The translations under genes and the position numbers were made by a program. The notes under the pieces are model-generated. The model saw only the letters and a program-made list of their open reading frames with translations, did no database searches and was not told the DNA's origin. A DNA stretch of 63,285 bases, the filler included, from Octopus bimaculoides (Eukaryota): the NCBI RefSeq assembly GCF_001194135.2. It is 8 parts of 7 records of this genome, joined end to end, with 100 filler letters (N's around TTAATTAATTAA, not from the genome) between each part and the next. Parts side by side here need not be neighbours in the genome. Positions count along the whole stretch, not along the records: positions 1 to 7,822 come from NC_068982.1; positions 7,923 to 21,258 come from NC_069003.1; 6 more parts are not named here. One strand, given 5' to 3'. Below, in pieces: positions 1 to 12,132 of this stretch; the stretch's first letter is position 1; the number at the start of each line of letters is the position of its first letter.

Positions 1-69
<69 letters not shown>

Positions 70-398
70 AATATTGTTTTGGCATATCAGAAACCATTAC
101 TAGTGGAAATTCTTTCCAATCTTCTTTTAAAATTCCTTTACTTCTTGAGAAATAAATATATTTTCCATCTGCATTATTACTTTTACTTAACTTCTCATGG
201 CTGCCTGTGCATTAGTATGTACGCTCTATAAGGGCCGAATGGTTAAGGTTTTGCAGTTAACGAGTTGTGCGGGGTTTTCTTTTCTCTTTTTACTTTTACT
301 GTGTACATATCTATACACATATATATAACTCCAGAATACTAATTAAAGAATGAAACAAAAAAGTATTATGTTATAGAATGAAAAGAAAATGTAATTAT

Positions 399-560
399 GC
401 AGGAGTGGCTGTGTGGTAAGTAACTTGCTTACAAACCACATGGTTCCCGATTCAGTCCCACTGCGTGACAACTTGGGCAAGTGTCTTCTGCTATAGCCTC
501 GGGCCGACCAAAGCCTTGCGAGTGGGTTTGGTAGACGGAAACTGAAAGAAGCCCGTCGTA

Positions 561-607
<47 letters not shown>

Positions 608-815
608 GTGTTTGTGTGTCTGTGTTTTTCCCCACAACATCGCTTGACAACCGATGCTGGTGTGTTTACGTTCCCGTAACTTAGCGGATCGGCAAAAACA
701 GACCGATAGCATAAGTACTAGACTTACAAACATTAAGTCCTGGGGTCGATTTGCTCGACTAACGGCAGTACTCCAACATGGCCGCAGTCAAATGACTGAA
801 ACAAGTAAAAGAGAG
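399..815 (+). mobile_element. tRNA-derived SINE, family A, full length
   Basis: A-box-like GTGGCTGTGTGGT, B-box-like GATTCAGTCC, CTTGGGCAAG core start, central (TA)/(TG) tract, tail ...CAGCATGGCCGCAGTCAAATGACTGAAAC. Recurs throughout the window. Probably one of the tRNA-derived octopus SINEs (OK/OR1/OR2); not assignable from memory. Confidence 0.85.
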
Positions 816-3420
816 TATAATATAAAATGAGAGAACCATGTAAAATGAACTACTGAAAATATGCAATGAAAAACCAGGGGGCAATTCAAAATGTACAAAA
901 TATAGCGGGTTTGAAAGAAAAAAACTTTCACAAAGTCTGAATCGCCTTAAAATGTGATTTTGAGAAGTGAGTACTGGGGTCTTATTTCCCAAATTAACTG
1001 ATTTGCAAAGACATATCAAAATAGCTTAGTCGACAGAAAACGGAGAGAGCCGATTTAAAATGAGAAGAAATTAAGGAAAGGGAAACCTATATTTCAGTAT
1101 CAACATGTCTAGAAGAATATAATTGAATTAGAGAATAATATTAAAAGCAAGCTAAATCTTCAATGCGGGAATTTTTTCCTCTTTATTCATAATACATTGC
1201 TTTCTGCTGTGCATTTAAATCTTTTAATATAATATTCTCGAAATACGAACGAACCGTTACAGAAATAAATGGCAAAGAGGTAGACTGAGCTTTCTGGAGA
1301 TGTTCTTTTCTTTCAAAAAAAGAGGAAGAAAATGGAGGAAAATAGATTACTTGCCTAGAGATTCAATTTAATTTCTGTAATAGACAATATTTAAAGATAA
1401 GAAACAAATATGTTTGTTTCTCTTCCCATGTCAAAATAGTAAAACCAACAAAATCTAACTAAAAGATTTTGAGTTAAAAATTAATATCATACGATGTCTT
1501 ATTTATTTGTAGTTGCGTATATATAATAAAACTGATTACAGCAACCATTGTTGAAGATGCTAACAACTGAACGATATACACTCGCTAACCTCCGCCCCCT
1601 CTCATTCTGTCTCTCCTCCTTTTGGAATATACGTGGATGCATCTTATTAATTTGAATACAGCTGCGCATGGAAACACGCATAGATAGATAGATAGATATG
1701 GACAAAAATTCCTTTGGAAACAATTAAAACTTTGTACGAGTCCATATCTCGTAGAATTCAAGCTGTAATTACTACCAAAGGCGGTCCCACCCGATATCAA
1801 AATAAATTTGTCTGAAATTTTAAGATGTTTCTATTATTTTGTCCGACCCCTGTATCCTGTTGCTCCAATAATAAGTTCGAAGCTGAAATTAGATACCTGA
1901 CTTGCAAACTCCTTATGATCAAATAGACCAAACAATTTCAGTTAATATAAATTACAAGCGTTCTACTAATTCTGGTCATTTGGGAGCATGTTAACAACGC
2001 TGAACAAGTTTAGATCTTATTAGACCTCACCAGCGAATAACTGCATAAAAATATTTCTAGATTATAGAATGACTAGAAAGGATATTGAAATATTAAATGT
2101 GAACATCGAGTTAGATTATAATTTAATGGAATTACAGAAGAAAAATACTCAAGAACGTCTACAATGAAGAACATAAATTGAAAGCTTTATATAGTCAGCT
2201 TATATGAAATTTTAATTGATTCAAATTACTCCTATAGTGATGAGGAAAATCATTACATTAATGAGTGGTTCTTGACAAGGAAAGCGCGAGAGACTGCTCT
2301 GGAATTTAAAGTAACCAAAAGCAATTTGCAGAGTGCAGTGAGCGAGAGATGAGCCCGATCTTTCAAACAACGCGCCAAAACTTTCATTTGAAAGTTATTA
2401 TTGGTTTTACACGCAAACTGATAGTTATTTGTCTATCAGTAATGATGCTTTTATTGTTTTTTATTCCGTCTCATTTTTATCGTAGTTTTTCACTAGGAAA
2501 AATATGACAATTTTTAAAACGACAGCTTCCCAGTAACTAATAGCCTGCAGCTAAGGCAATTGAGGCACTCTTTATTCTTCCATATATTTTCTCCATATAC
2601 ACACTCCGCTTCTTTTGTTTTGTTTCTTAATGTTTTTTTTTTTTAGTCATTGTTATGACTTCGCGCTGTTATTGCAATTAGATAATGCAAAACATATTCT
2701 CAAAACCTGAAACATATTATATTTTTACGTCTGGTTGGCAAAGAAAAATGTGACGTTGGTAATATAATTAGAATTTTTGAGACATATATTATCTAAATTC
2801 CAATTACGAAGCTAGAAATAACCAGGATTTTTCTAAAAAGAAACAATCTAATTTTCGTAAACCTACGCTTGATGGTAGACAAATGAAAATAAACACAGAA
2901 ATAGGTTGAATCTAATTTCTCGTTTGTGTATGAGAAATTAGATTCAACTCACACACAAACACACTTTTACCCTTGTTTTTAGTTCTTTGGACTGCGGCGA
3001 TACTACAGCACCTTCATTTTCAGTTAGTAGAACAAATTGACTCCAGCGCCTATTATTTTAATCCGGCACTTTTTCGATCGGCTCCTTTTTTGCCGAATCA
3101 CTCGGTCGTGAGTTAAACTGGATTGAACAACATCATCACCACCACCATGATCATCATCAACTATTGACAACTACTTGTACATGCGTTGGGTACGAAGATG
3201 GACGTGCCACATGTTCCAGTTCCATCATCATTGCTTTAAATTAAATAACAGTCGCGGCACAACTCTACTCCATCGAGACCATACTCATGATCTCAGAAGC
3301 ATACTTATGATCTTTCCCTGCGCGTCGGTTTACCAAACGATAACTTGGTTGTTGGACAAATCTCAACACCTCCTCAGCTTGCGCCAAGTTACATGTTATT
3401 TTGTTGCATATTAATCACAT

Positions 3421-3662
3421 AGTGACAGACATCAAGTAGCGGCATAACAGCCGAATCTCCTGTCAACGATTTATAGAATATCACTGATATCGCCAGTGGG
3501 TTCAAATAGCCAGTGGGCTCGTGTCGGAAATAGCCTGTGGGCTTATTAAAAAATAATCGGTAGAGGCAGAAGCAGAATAAATACCAAAAGGCATACTTCA
3601 TATCCAACTTAACGTGGAGATCACAGAATACCGAGTTATATCGCTACTGGATGTCTGTCACT
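3421..3662. mobile_element. Small MITE with about 30-bp TIRs
   Basis: AGTGACAGACATCAAGTAGCGGCATAAC (3421) against the reverse complement of 3631-3662 (AGTGACAGACATCCAGTAGCGATATAAC); three internal GCCWGTGGG motifs. Confidence 0.7.
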
Positions 3663-3771
3663 GAGGAGTCCAAAAACAGGGTGAAATCACATGAGCTATC
3701 TGTTCCATCAATAAATACGAGTGCTTTTTATGTCCTATGGGTCCAGGTGATAGATCTTCTCAAGGCAAATA

Positions 3772-4267
3772 CAGTAATCCTGCGACTATCGCGAGTGTTA
3801 TGTTCCAAAACCCCATCTGCGATAGGTGAAAATCTGCATAGTAGAAGCAGTATTGTACTGTATATTTTTTATTATTATTTTTATAATCTGTATATATTTA
3901 TTTTATTATGAATTCAAAATGAGACCAGACACGCGCCTCCCTAGTTTCGTTTTCCATACAGTATGTGCGGTTCTTTGTTTACTCATCTACGGTACACTGC
4001 GTATTTTTTTAATATATATTCTAATTAATGTGTTATACAGTGCAGTACTGTACTGAATTTCTATTTATTAATTTATTATTTTCTAGGCGTGAAAATGCTT
4101 ATTTTACCACAGAATAATTAAAATCTAAAAAAATATAAATATCTATCGGCCGCAAAAACCCGCGATATACTGAGGAGTCCGCGATATATATTTTCATATA
4201 TCAACCAGAAAATCCGCGAAGTACTGAGGGCGGGATAGGTGTACCGCGACATGGTGAGTGATTACAG
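3772..4267. mobile_element. Tigger/pogo-like MITE, diverged
   Basis: TA|CAGTAATCCTGCGACTATCGCG... at left; degenerate complement ...CCGCGACATGGTGAGTGATTACAG at right; internal CCGCGATA/AATCCGCGAAGTA repeats near both ends. Confidence 0.65.
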
Positions 4268-5789
4268 CAATGCAGTTTCTGTGTTCTAACACCCTCCGCA
4301 TTAAGTTAGAGATACATATTGCCATTTAGTAATCAGTTATTGTTGTTTTCTTTTTTTTTTCGAACTATTCTTTATCAAATTAATCCTTTATTTGTGAGAT
4401 GACCTTTCTCTAAAATTATGGTCAAATAATCTCCAGTTGTTTTCAGATTATGATTCAAGGAAGGGTTGTTTGGGGTGAAGAAGTAAAGGCGACTGTAAAT
4501 GTTTTTTCAGGCTAAGAACATTTCACCTCACTCTAATAACATTTTTATTATATGCCAAGACAAAAATATTTTTATTGCAAATTACTTTCATTTTCTATGT
4601 CTATTGGACACTGCGCAAAAAGCAAATAATAATTAGTTATTTCCTTAAGCTCACGTTTTATTAATATGCAAATTACTGCTGCCAAAATTATTTTCAACTC
4701 TTTTTTTTTATTGATAATAATCTATGTACACTGCGCTAGCAGGTTTAAGATGACTAAACACTGAAACTTTTCTGTAGCCACCACGTTGTTAATGCTGACA
4801 AATATGAGATTTTTTTCCCCAAGCATGGAAAATAATTATTTTCCTAAAACTGATTCGTAATTTTTTGAAATTATTTTCCTTTTCTCTGAAAGTCGATAAT
4901 AATTGCTTCTAGGATTTTGTCTTCTATGCTACCTAAGAGGAAACTATCAATTCATTGACAATTTTCTAGGTAATTCATTTTGTACATCACATTCTATCTG
5001 GAAAGTTAAGATGCTTGAACTTAACTTATTACATTTTCGATTGCAGTCCGTCACTGAGTTCAATGATAATATTCTCTCTAGTTTCATTTGTGATAGCCAC
5101 CACAATGAGAGCCACTAGTGTGTTCGTCAAATGCTTTTTATCTTGTGAAGGATGTGGCTGACACCTGTCTTATTTTGTTTCTTCTGCTTTAATACAGGTT
5201 CACCGAAATTTTATGAAGTTGATTGTACGAGTATTGTTTTAATATATTGACGAAATATACCTACAGAATCCAAAATCCGTGCATTTCGGAAAGATGAGAT
5301 ATATACTTTTTTTGAAACGCTAACAATTGATGCATCTAGCGCTAGCCAGACAGAAAAACAGAGAATGGTGAGAAAAACGATCGGGTATTTGCTCATAGTT
5401 TAAATCTAGCAACCAGTCCCTCCAAGATCTCCCAAGTGAATTCTCATGAATCAATGTTGCCTTAATGCTTTCAGGGGTGTCTGATACTATGAAGGGACTG
5501 AATGCCCTAAACGAAACGATTTAAATATATATTATTTTTTTTTGGCAGACCCATTATGATTTCATGTTTTCTTGCTTAAAATATCTGAGAATCCATCTTA
5601 CCAATTATTTGTGTGTTGTAGACATCTCAGGAACATAATATTGATACAGTATATCATTATTAACCTCAAGCAAATTCTGACTTTGGAATTACAATCACTT
5701 GTATCAAGATTGTAATTTTATATTTAATGATACAGAGGTGTTTGGCACATTTTGGTGCTGAATCGCTTATTGATATTAAGTAGACCTAA

Positions 5790-7025
5790 GGTGGTGGGCT
5801 GGCAGAATCGTAAGCGTGCCGGGTAAAATGCATTTCGTCCGTCGTTAAGTTCTGAGTTCAAATTCCACCATGGTAAACTTTACATTTAATTCTTTCGGGG
5901 TCAATAAACTAAGTACAGGATCAGTGTTGGAGTCGGTGTAATCGATTTACTCTCTTCCCGGAGTTTCTGGCCTTGTGCCAAAACTTGAAACCAATATTAA
6001 GAATCCGGCGATAGAAGTGGATAAAAGTGTCGCCAGGTGGTTCAGCAGCCGCATAGGAGATCCTGAACATCCTGATCAGGGTTCAAGACTGAACAAAGTG
6101 GAGATATATTATTAAAGGAGGTGAGCTAGCAGCATTGTTTGCACGCCGGGCAAAATGACACTGTCGATACGATGAAGTCAGATACAAATTCCTTTTTAAA
6201 CTCTGTGTCTTCTATCATGGATAGACCATCCGTCTTTGAATTTTTGGGGAGTTACACACACCCAAGTGAGTTTCTGGAAAACATTATGCAATGTTTTAGC
6301 ATTTTTGTGTTCATTTTAGGGGTTGCTGAGTTTTGGGATCATTTTATATAAAACAGATATTACATCTTTGTTAACGATAAAATTGACAGTTGCCACTTCT
6401 CTTTGCAAATTTATGATGATAAAAAAAGCTATTTGCAAGTGTACCAACAAGTTAGTGAAAATACTGTAACGTATTTCATTTAATATTCAAAGGACAAAGG
6501 GATTAAGTCGATTACATCGACCCCAGTGCGTAACTGGCACTTAATTTATCGACCCCGAAAGGATGAAAGGCAAAATCGACTTTGCCTCGACGGAATTTGA
6601 ACTTAGAACGTAACGGCAGACGAAATACCGCTAAGTATTTCGCCCGGCGTGCTAACGTTTCTGCCAACTCGCCACCTTAAATTTTGCACGTTAATCTCAC
6701 AAGCAGGCTGTTCCGTTGATCGGATCAACTGGAACCCACGTCGTCGTAACCGACGGAGTGCCACGATATACATTTGATATATAAAGCCTGTATTGTTGTC
6801 ATACATTATCTTATTTCAATTTTAAACGGTGAGCTGATATAATTGTCAGCACGCCGGACAAAATGTTTAACAGCATTTCGTCCATCTTTATGTGATGAGG
6901 TCGACTTTGCCTTTCATCCTTCAGTATCGGTGAAATCAGTACCAGTTCAGCGCTGGGGTCGACGTAATCAAGTAGCCCCCTCTCACAAAATTTCCAGCCT
7001 TGAGCCCATTATAGAAAGGATTATT
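5790..7025. mobile_element. Cluster of SINE family B copies: 5790-5995 (+), 6115-6180 (+, head only), 6500-6680 (-), 6830-7025 (+)
   Basis: Each matches the family B consensus seen at 8845 and 29770-29974. Confidence 0.8.
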
Positions 7026-7588
7026 TGTCATATTTCATTGTTTTGTACAGAGATCATGAGCAAACTCTGCTTTGTGTAAATTCTGTTTAGACGGAGTTGA
7101 TAGGATTTATATCAGATGCTGTGCTACGGGATCATCTTCAGGAGACACATTGTTAATTCTACTGTGTCATAATGAAACTTATGATAGTCACCTTTCCATC
7201 AAGGATGTGCTATGCATTACTTTCCAATAGTCACCTTTCCATCAAGGATGTTCTATGCATTACTTGTGTGACATAAATGTAATCGATCGTTTACTTCACT
7301 TCAGTGCACAGCATGTTGGTGAGATCATGCAAAAGAATCTACTTCTGCTTGTAATCAAGTTTTAATGCCATAGGTACCATATGAGATTCGTAAGAATTGC
7401 TTTAAAAGAAATACACTGCTGTGTTGAACCAATATTTGTATCATTCCAAAGCTCTCTACAAAAATTATACCACAATTAGAGGCATTTAGTGAATTCTACG
7501 TTGTGCACATCACCACATTGAACTACTTTGTACGTATTGTTAGTTTATTTCACAAATAGATTAATAGTAAAACAGCAGAGCTCATTGT

Positions 7589-7822
7589 ATGGAAAGGTGA
7601 CTATGGAAAGGTGGTTATGGAAAGGCGATTATGGAAAGGCGACTACGGAAGGGTGACCATGGAAAGGTGACTATGGAAAGGTGATTATGGAAAGGTGACT
7701 ATGGAAAGGTGATTATGGAAAGGCGATTATGGAAAGGCGACTATGGAAAGGCGACTATGGAAAGGTGACTATGGAAAGGTGACTATGGAAAGGTGACTAT
7801 GGAAAGGTGACTATGGAAAGGC
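7589..7822 (+). repeat. 14-bp minisatellite (TATGGAAAGGYGAY)n
   Basis: About 17 tandem units counted by eye; runs into the linker gap, so true length is unknown. Confidence 0.95.
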
Positions 7823-7922
7823 NNNNNNNNNNNNNNNNNNNNNNNNNNNNNNNNNNNNNNNNNNNNTTAATTAATTAANNNNNNNNNNNNNNNNNNNNNN
7901 NNNNNNNNNNNNNNNNNNNNNN

Positions 7923-7961
<39 letters not shown>

Positions 7962-8115
7962 GTATCTACCAAACTATGTATGTGCGTGTGTGTGCATGTA
8001 TACACACACCCAAACACACACACACACACGTAGAAAAAAGAAATAAGCTAAAGAATAACAAGAGGCGTTTTATGCAAATTTCTGAAGATCGATTTCTTTG
8101 AAAATACAAGAAACA

Positions 8116-8147
<32 letters not shown>

Positions 8148-8279
8148 AAAAAAGAAATAAAGAAAGAAAGAAAGAAAGGAGAGACCAAAGCAACAATAAA
8201 ACAAATACGGATGAGATCAATGAATTAATAACAATAATAATAATAATAATAATAACAGTAATGATAAAGATGGATGATA

Positions 8280-8318
<39 letters not shown>

Positions 8319-8844
8319 TTAACAATAGTAATAATCTACACCATTATGGTCCGCCACCAACACAAAATTAAGAGTCATTAATGAAAGACAGACAGACAGA
8401 ATTTTCTACGCTATAAACTTTACCGATATGTTAATGAGCATCTTTTATTGCAGAGAGATAGATAGATAGATAGAGAGATAGATAAATAGAGAGTGAGTGA
8501 GTGAGAGAGAGGTACCAATGTGTATGTGCGGAGATTAATTTTGCAAAGTAATGACACCATGGTCTTAGGAAAAAGAACTTCAAGAAAGGAACGTTTAAGA
8601 TGGCTGTCTGCTAGAAGATCACATGGTGTCGGTGCGAGGGGAGGAGAACACTGTTCAGGCTTGTGAAATGGCAGTGAAGTCTTTTCCGCGTTCAAGTCCC
8701 ACTGCGTGGCACCTTGGGCAAGCGTCTTCTACTATTGCCTCAGGCCGACCAAAGCCTTGAGAGTGGATTATTTGGTAATCAGAAACTGAAAGAAGCCCAC
8801 TGAAAGAAGAAGAAAGATTATTTGGTAGTCAGAAACTGAAAGAC

Positions 8845-8986
8845 GGCGGCGAGCTGGCAGAAACGTTAGCATGCTGGGTGAAATACTTAGCGGTATTTCG
8901 TCTGCCGTTACGTTCTGAGTTCAAATTCCGCCGAGGTCGACTTTGCCTTTCATCCTTTAGGGGTCGATAAATTAAGTACCAGTTAC
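8845..8986 (+). mobile_element. tRNA-derived SINE, family B
   Basis: GGCGGCGAGCTGGCAGAAACGTTAGC...GAGTTCAAATTCC (B box)...GTCGACTTTGCCTTTCATCC; runs into a gap. Confidence 0.85.
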
Positions 8987-9223
8987 NNNNNNNNNNNNNN
9001 NNNNNNNNNNNNNNNNNNNNNNNNNNNNNNNNNNNNNNNNNNNNNNNNNNNNNNNNNNNNNNNNNNNNNNNNNNNNNNNNNNNNNNNNNNNNNNNNNNNN
9101 NNNNNNNNNNNNNNNNNNNNNNNNNNNNNNNNNNNNNNNNNNNNNNNNNNNNNNNNNNNNNNNNNNNNNNNNNNNNNNNNNNNNNNNNNNNNNNNNNNNN
9201 NNNNNNNNNNNNNNNNNNNNNNN

Positions 9224-9276
<53 letters not shown>

Positions 9277-10268
9277 TATTGTTTGAAGCAGAAAACCCCA
9301 AGATTAGAAAAAAGATAAGAAAAAAGAAAAACAGAAAAAAAGGAAAAACAGAAAAAATAAAATGGAAAAAACCCAGCAAAAGAGACCGATAGAATAAGTA
9401 CTAGGCTCACAAAGGTAATTCCTTGAGTTAATTTCTTTGACTAAACCCCTTTTATGGCGGTGCTCCAGCATGGCTGCAGTTAAACAACTGAAACAAGTAG
9501 AAGAAAAGAATAAAAGAAACTGTGGCAATGATGGTGGGGGTGGGGGGTGGATGTCTTCTTACAGTGTTCGGTCAGATATAGTAGACTGCTTGTAATCCTG
9601 TTCATGCCAATCCAGCAATAGAAACCATGCCAAATTAGGCTATGAAACCTGGTGCAACTCTTCAGCTTGCCAATGCTGGTCAAACCGTCAAGCCGTCCAA
9701 CCCATGTCAGTATGGAAAATGGGCATTAAAGGATGATGACGATGACAGTGATGTATATACATACACACATACAGGGTTGCCACCCCCTGGCAGTAGATCA
9801 AAATTCCATAAATACTTAATATTCAATTTTATTTATTCATTCCAATTATGAATGTTTATTAATTGAATGCTGTGAGTTAAAATCATGTTTTTTTCTCTCA
9901 ACATTTGCCAATTTATTAGTGAAGTCTCATATCAAATAATTATTTGTTTTAATCTTGGAACTAAATGGTTCTGCTTTACTGCCTGGTAACTTTTGGCCCA
10001 CCCTGTATACACACATACACACACACACATACATATATATGCATGTGTATGTTCTTCTCTTACTGTCTGACAACCAGTGTTGGTTCATTTACATCCCTGT
10101 AACTTCAAGGTTTGGTAAAAGCAGTAAAAGAGAAATGAAGTGTTTTTTTACTGATAAACACAAGGCACCACCCTGTCCAGAAATCGAAACCACAACCTCA
10201 TGATCACAACTGCAACACTATGCCATGAGCCTCCACTATCTATACACTTCTGTCTGCCTGTCTGTCTG

Positions 10269-10319
<51 letters not shown>

Positions 10320-10573
10320 NNNNNNNNNNNNNNNNNNNNNNNNNNNNNNNNNNNNNNNNNNNNNNNNNNNNNNNNNNNNNNNNNNNNNNNNNNNNNNNNN
10401 NNNNNNNNNNNNNNNNNNNNNNNNNNNNNNNNNNNNNNNNNNNNNNNNNNNNNNNNNNNNNNNNNNNNNNNNNNNNNNNNNNNNNNNNNNNNNNNNNNNN
10501 NNNNNNNNNNNNNNNNNNNNNNNNNNNNNNNNNNNNNNNNNNNNNNNNNNNNNNNNNNNNNNTATATATGGGA

Positions 10574-10608
<35 letters not shown>

Positions 10609-11809
10609 GGCAGACAAACAAGTAAACAGCTAAGTAGATGGACAAATAAACATAATAAACAAAAGTTTAACATGTTTTTTCTTTCCTTTTATATGATTGT
10701 ACGTTGTTTTTCCATTTGCAATAAGAGCCAAAACAGTCGGAAAGAACTTCAGCCCCCAAGCTATACAGGACAGGGTGGATGGGAGGAGGAGGAGGAGAAG
10801 GTAAAGGAGTGAGGGGGGAGGGGGGTTTGTTGGTAGTGAGTCTTGTTAGTACCAATGTAAAGTTAACTAACAGCATTTGACTTGTGTCAAATGCTGTTAG
10901 GTAACTAACGTATAGAGAAATAGTTTTAACAGGTTGAAAACTAAAAAGCACAAACATACAATATGTATTTAAAGACTTCAACTAGCCTCACAAACAATTC
11001 TTGAAGTCATTGACCATTATTTATTATTATTAGTAGTAGTAGTGGTGGTGGTAGTTGTGTTGTGATGAAGCTCGTTTAGGAATTTATTCGCTGAATTCAG
11101 TTGCCAGTGTGTGGCCATGCTGGGGCACCGACATTCAAATGTTCTACTCTATCGTATCGACCCACCCCGCCCAGTATTTAGCTAAGCCTGGTACTTAATT
11201 ATTTATTTACTTAGTCTCCTGTTTACTGAATTAGGGATTCAGCCAGATCAACTGGAGACAGTTGCTTCTGACAGGACCCATTCTTGAAGACACTGCTCTC
11301 ATGATCCTCCCAGGAATATGTGGACAAAGAAGGTGAGATTTTATATATATATATATGAATTTAAATAATAAGGGTGAAAAATTGAATATTAATTTGATTA
11401 ATATCAATTTAAAACCAGTAGCCTATCATATTGAAAAATCTGAAGATTCAGAAAAATTACATTACATACATACAAGAAGGACGACCACTAAGTGGACATC
11501 CATTATGCTAGATATAGACTCCATATGGTCTGACCACTGAGAAAAGATTGTTCTCAAGAAAATTTAGCTAAATTTAGCTAAACAGAAAAAAAAAAAATAC
11601 AAGAAAAATATCCTTTTGATTGGCTGTGCTCCAGCATGGCCACTGCACAACAAATGGAATCAATAAAAGACTGAAATAGTTTCATTTAGCCAGAAGGTAG
11701 TTAAATGAATTAATTATATAAAAAGCTAAAAAGATGGCAGTCTTGTAAATTATATTTGTTTAATTTTAATACTTCTTCTTGATTTAAACCACGAACGGGG
11801 GTGGGGGGG

Positions 11810-12093
11810 AGTAAGAGAGAGAGAGAGAGAGAAAGAGAAAGAGAGAGGAAAGACAGAGAAAAAGGAGGAGAGAGAGGAGAAAGACAGCGAGAAAAAGGAG
11901 AAAGAGGATAGAGAGAAAGCAAAGAAAGGAAAGGAGAAAGAGAAAAAGTGAGAGAAGAAGAGGTGAGAGAGAAAGGGAAGAAAGAGGAGAGTGAGAGAGA
12001 GAGAGAGAGTGAGAGAAGAAGAAGTGAGAAAGAAAGGGAAGAAGAAAGAGGAGAGAGAGAGAGAGAATGAGAGAGAGAGAATGAGAGAGAGAG

Positions 12094-12132
<39 letters not shown>

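Noticed and set aside
1690-2340. Possible decayed retroelement ORF
   Set aside because: The composition looks ORF-like but there are many stops and no motif I can name.
5480-5520. Hammerhead-like CT-ATGA-AGGG-ACTGAATG-CCCT-AAAC
   Set aside because: Stem II is present but both catalytic boxes are broken; at most a dead Penelope-type remnant.
11215-11338. Apparent exon ending AAAGAAG|GTGAGA
   Set aside because: One frame reads ELGIQPDQLETVASDRT, like the RTE C-terminal remnant at 32280-32350, so it is better explained as a decayed LINE end. No partner exons found.
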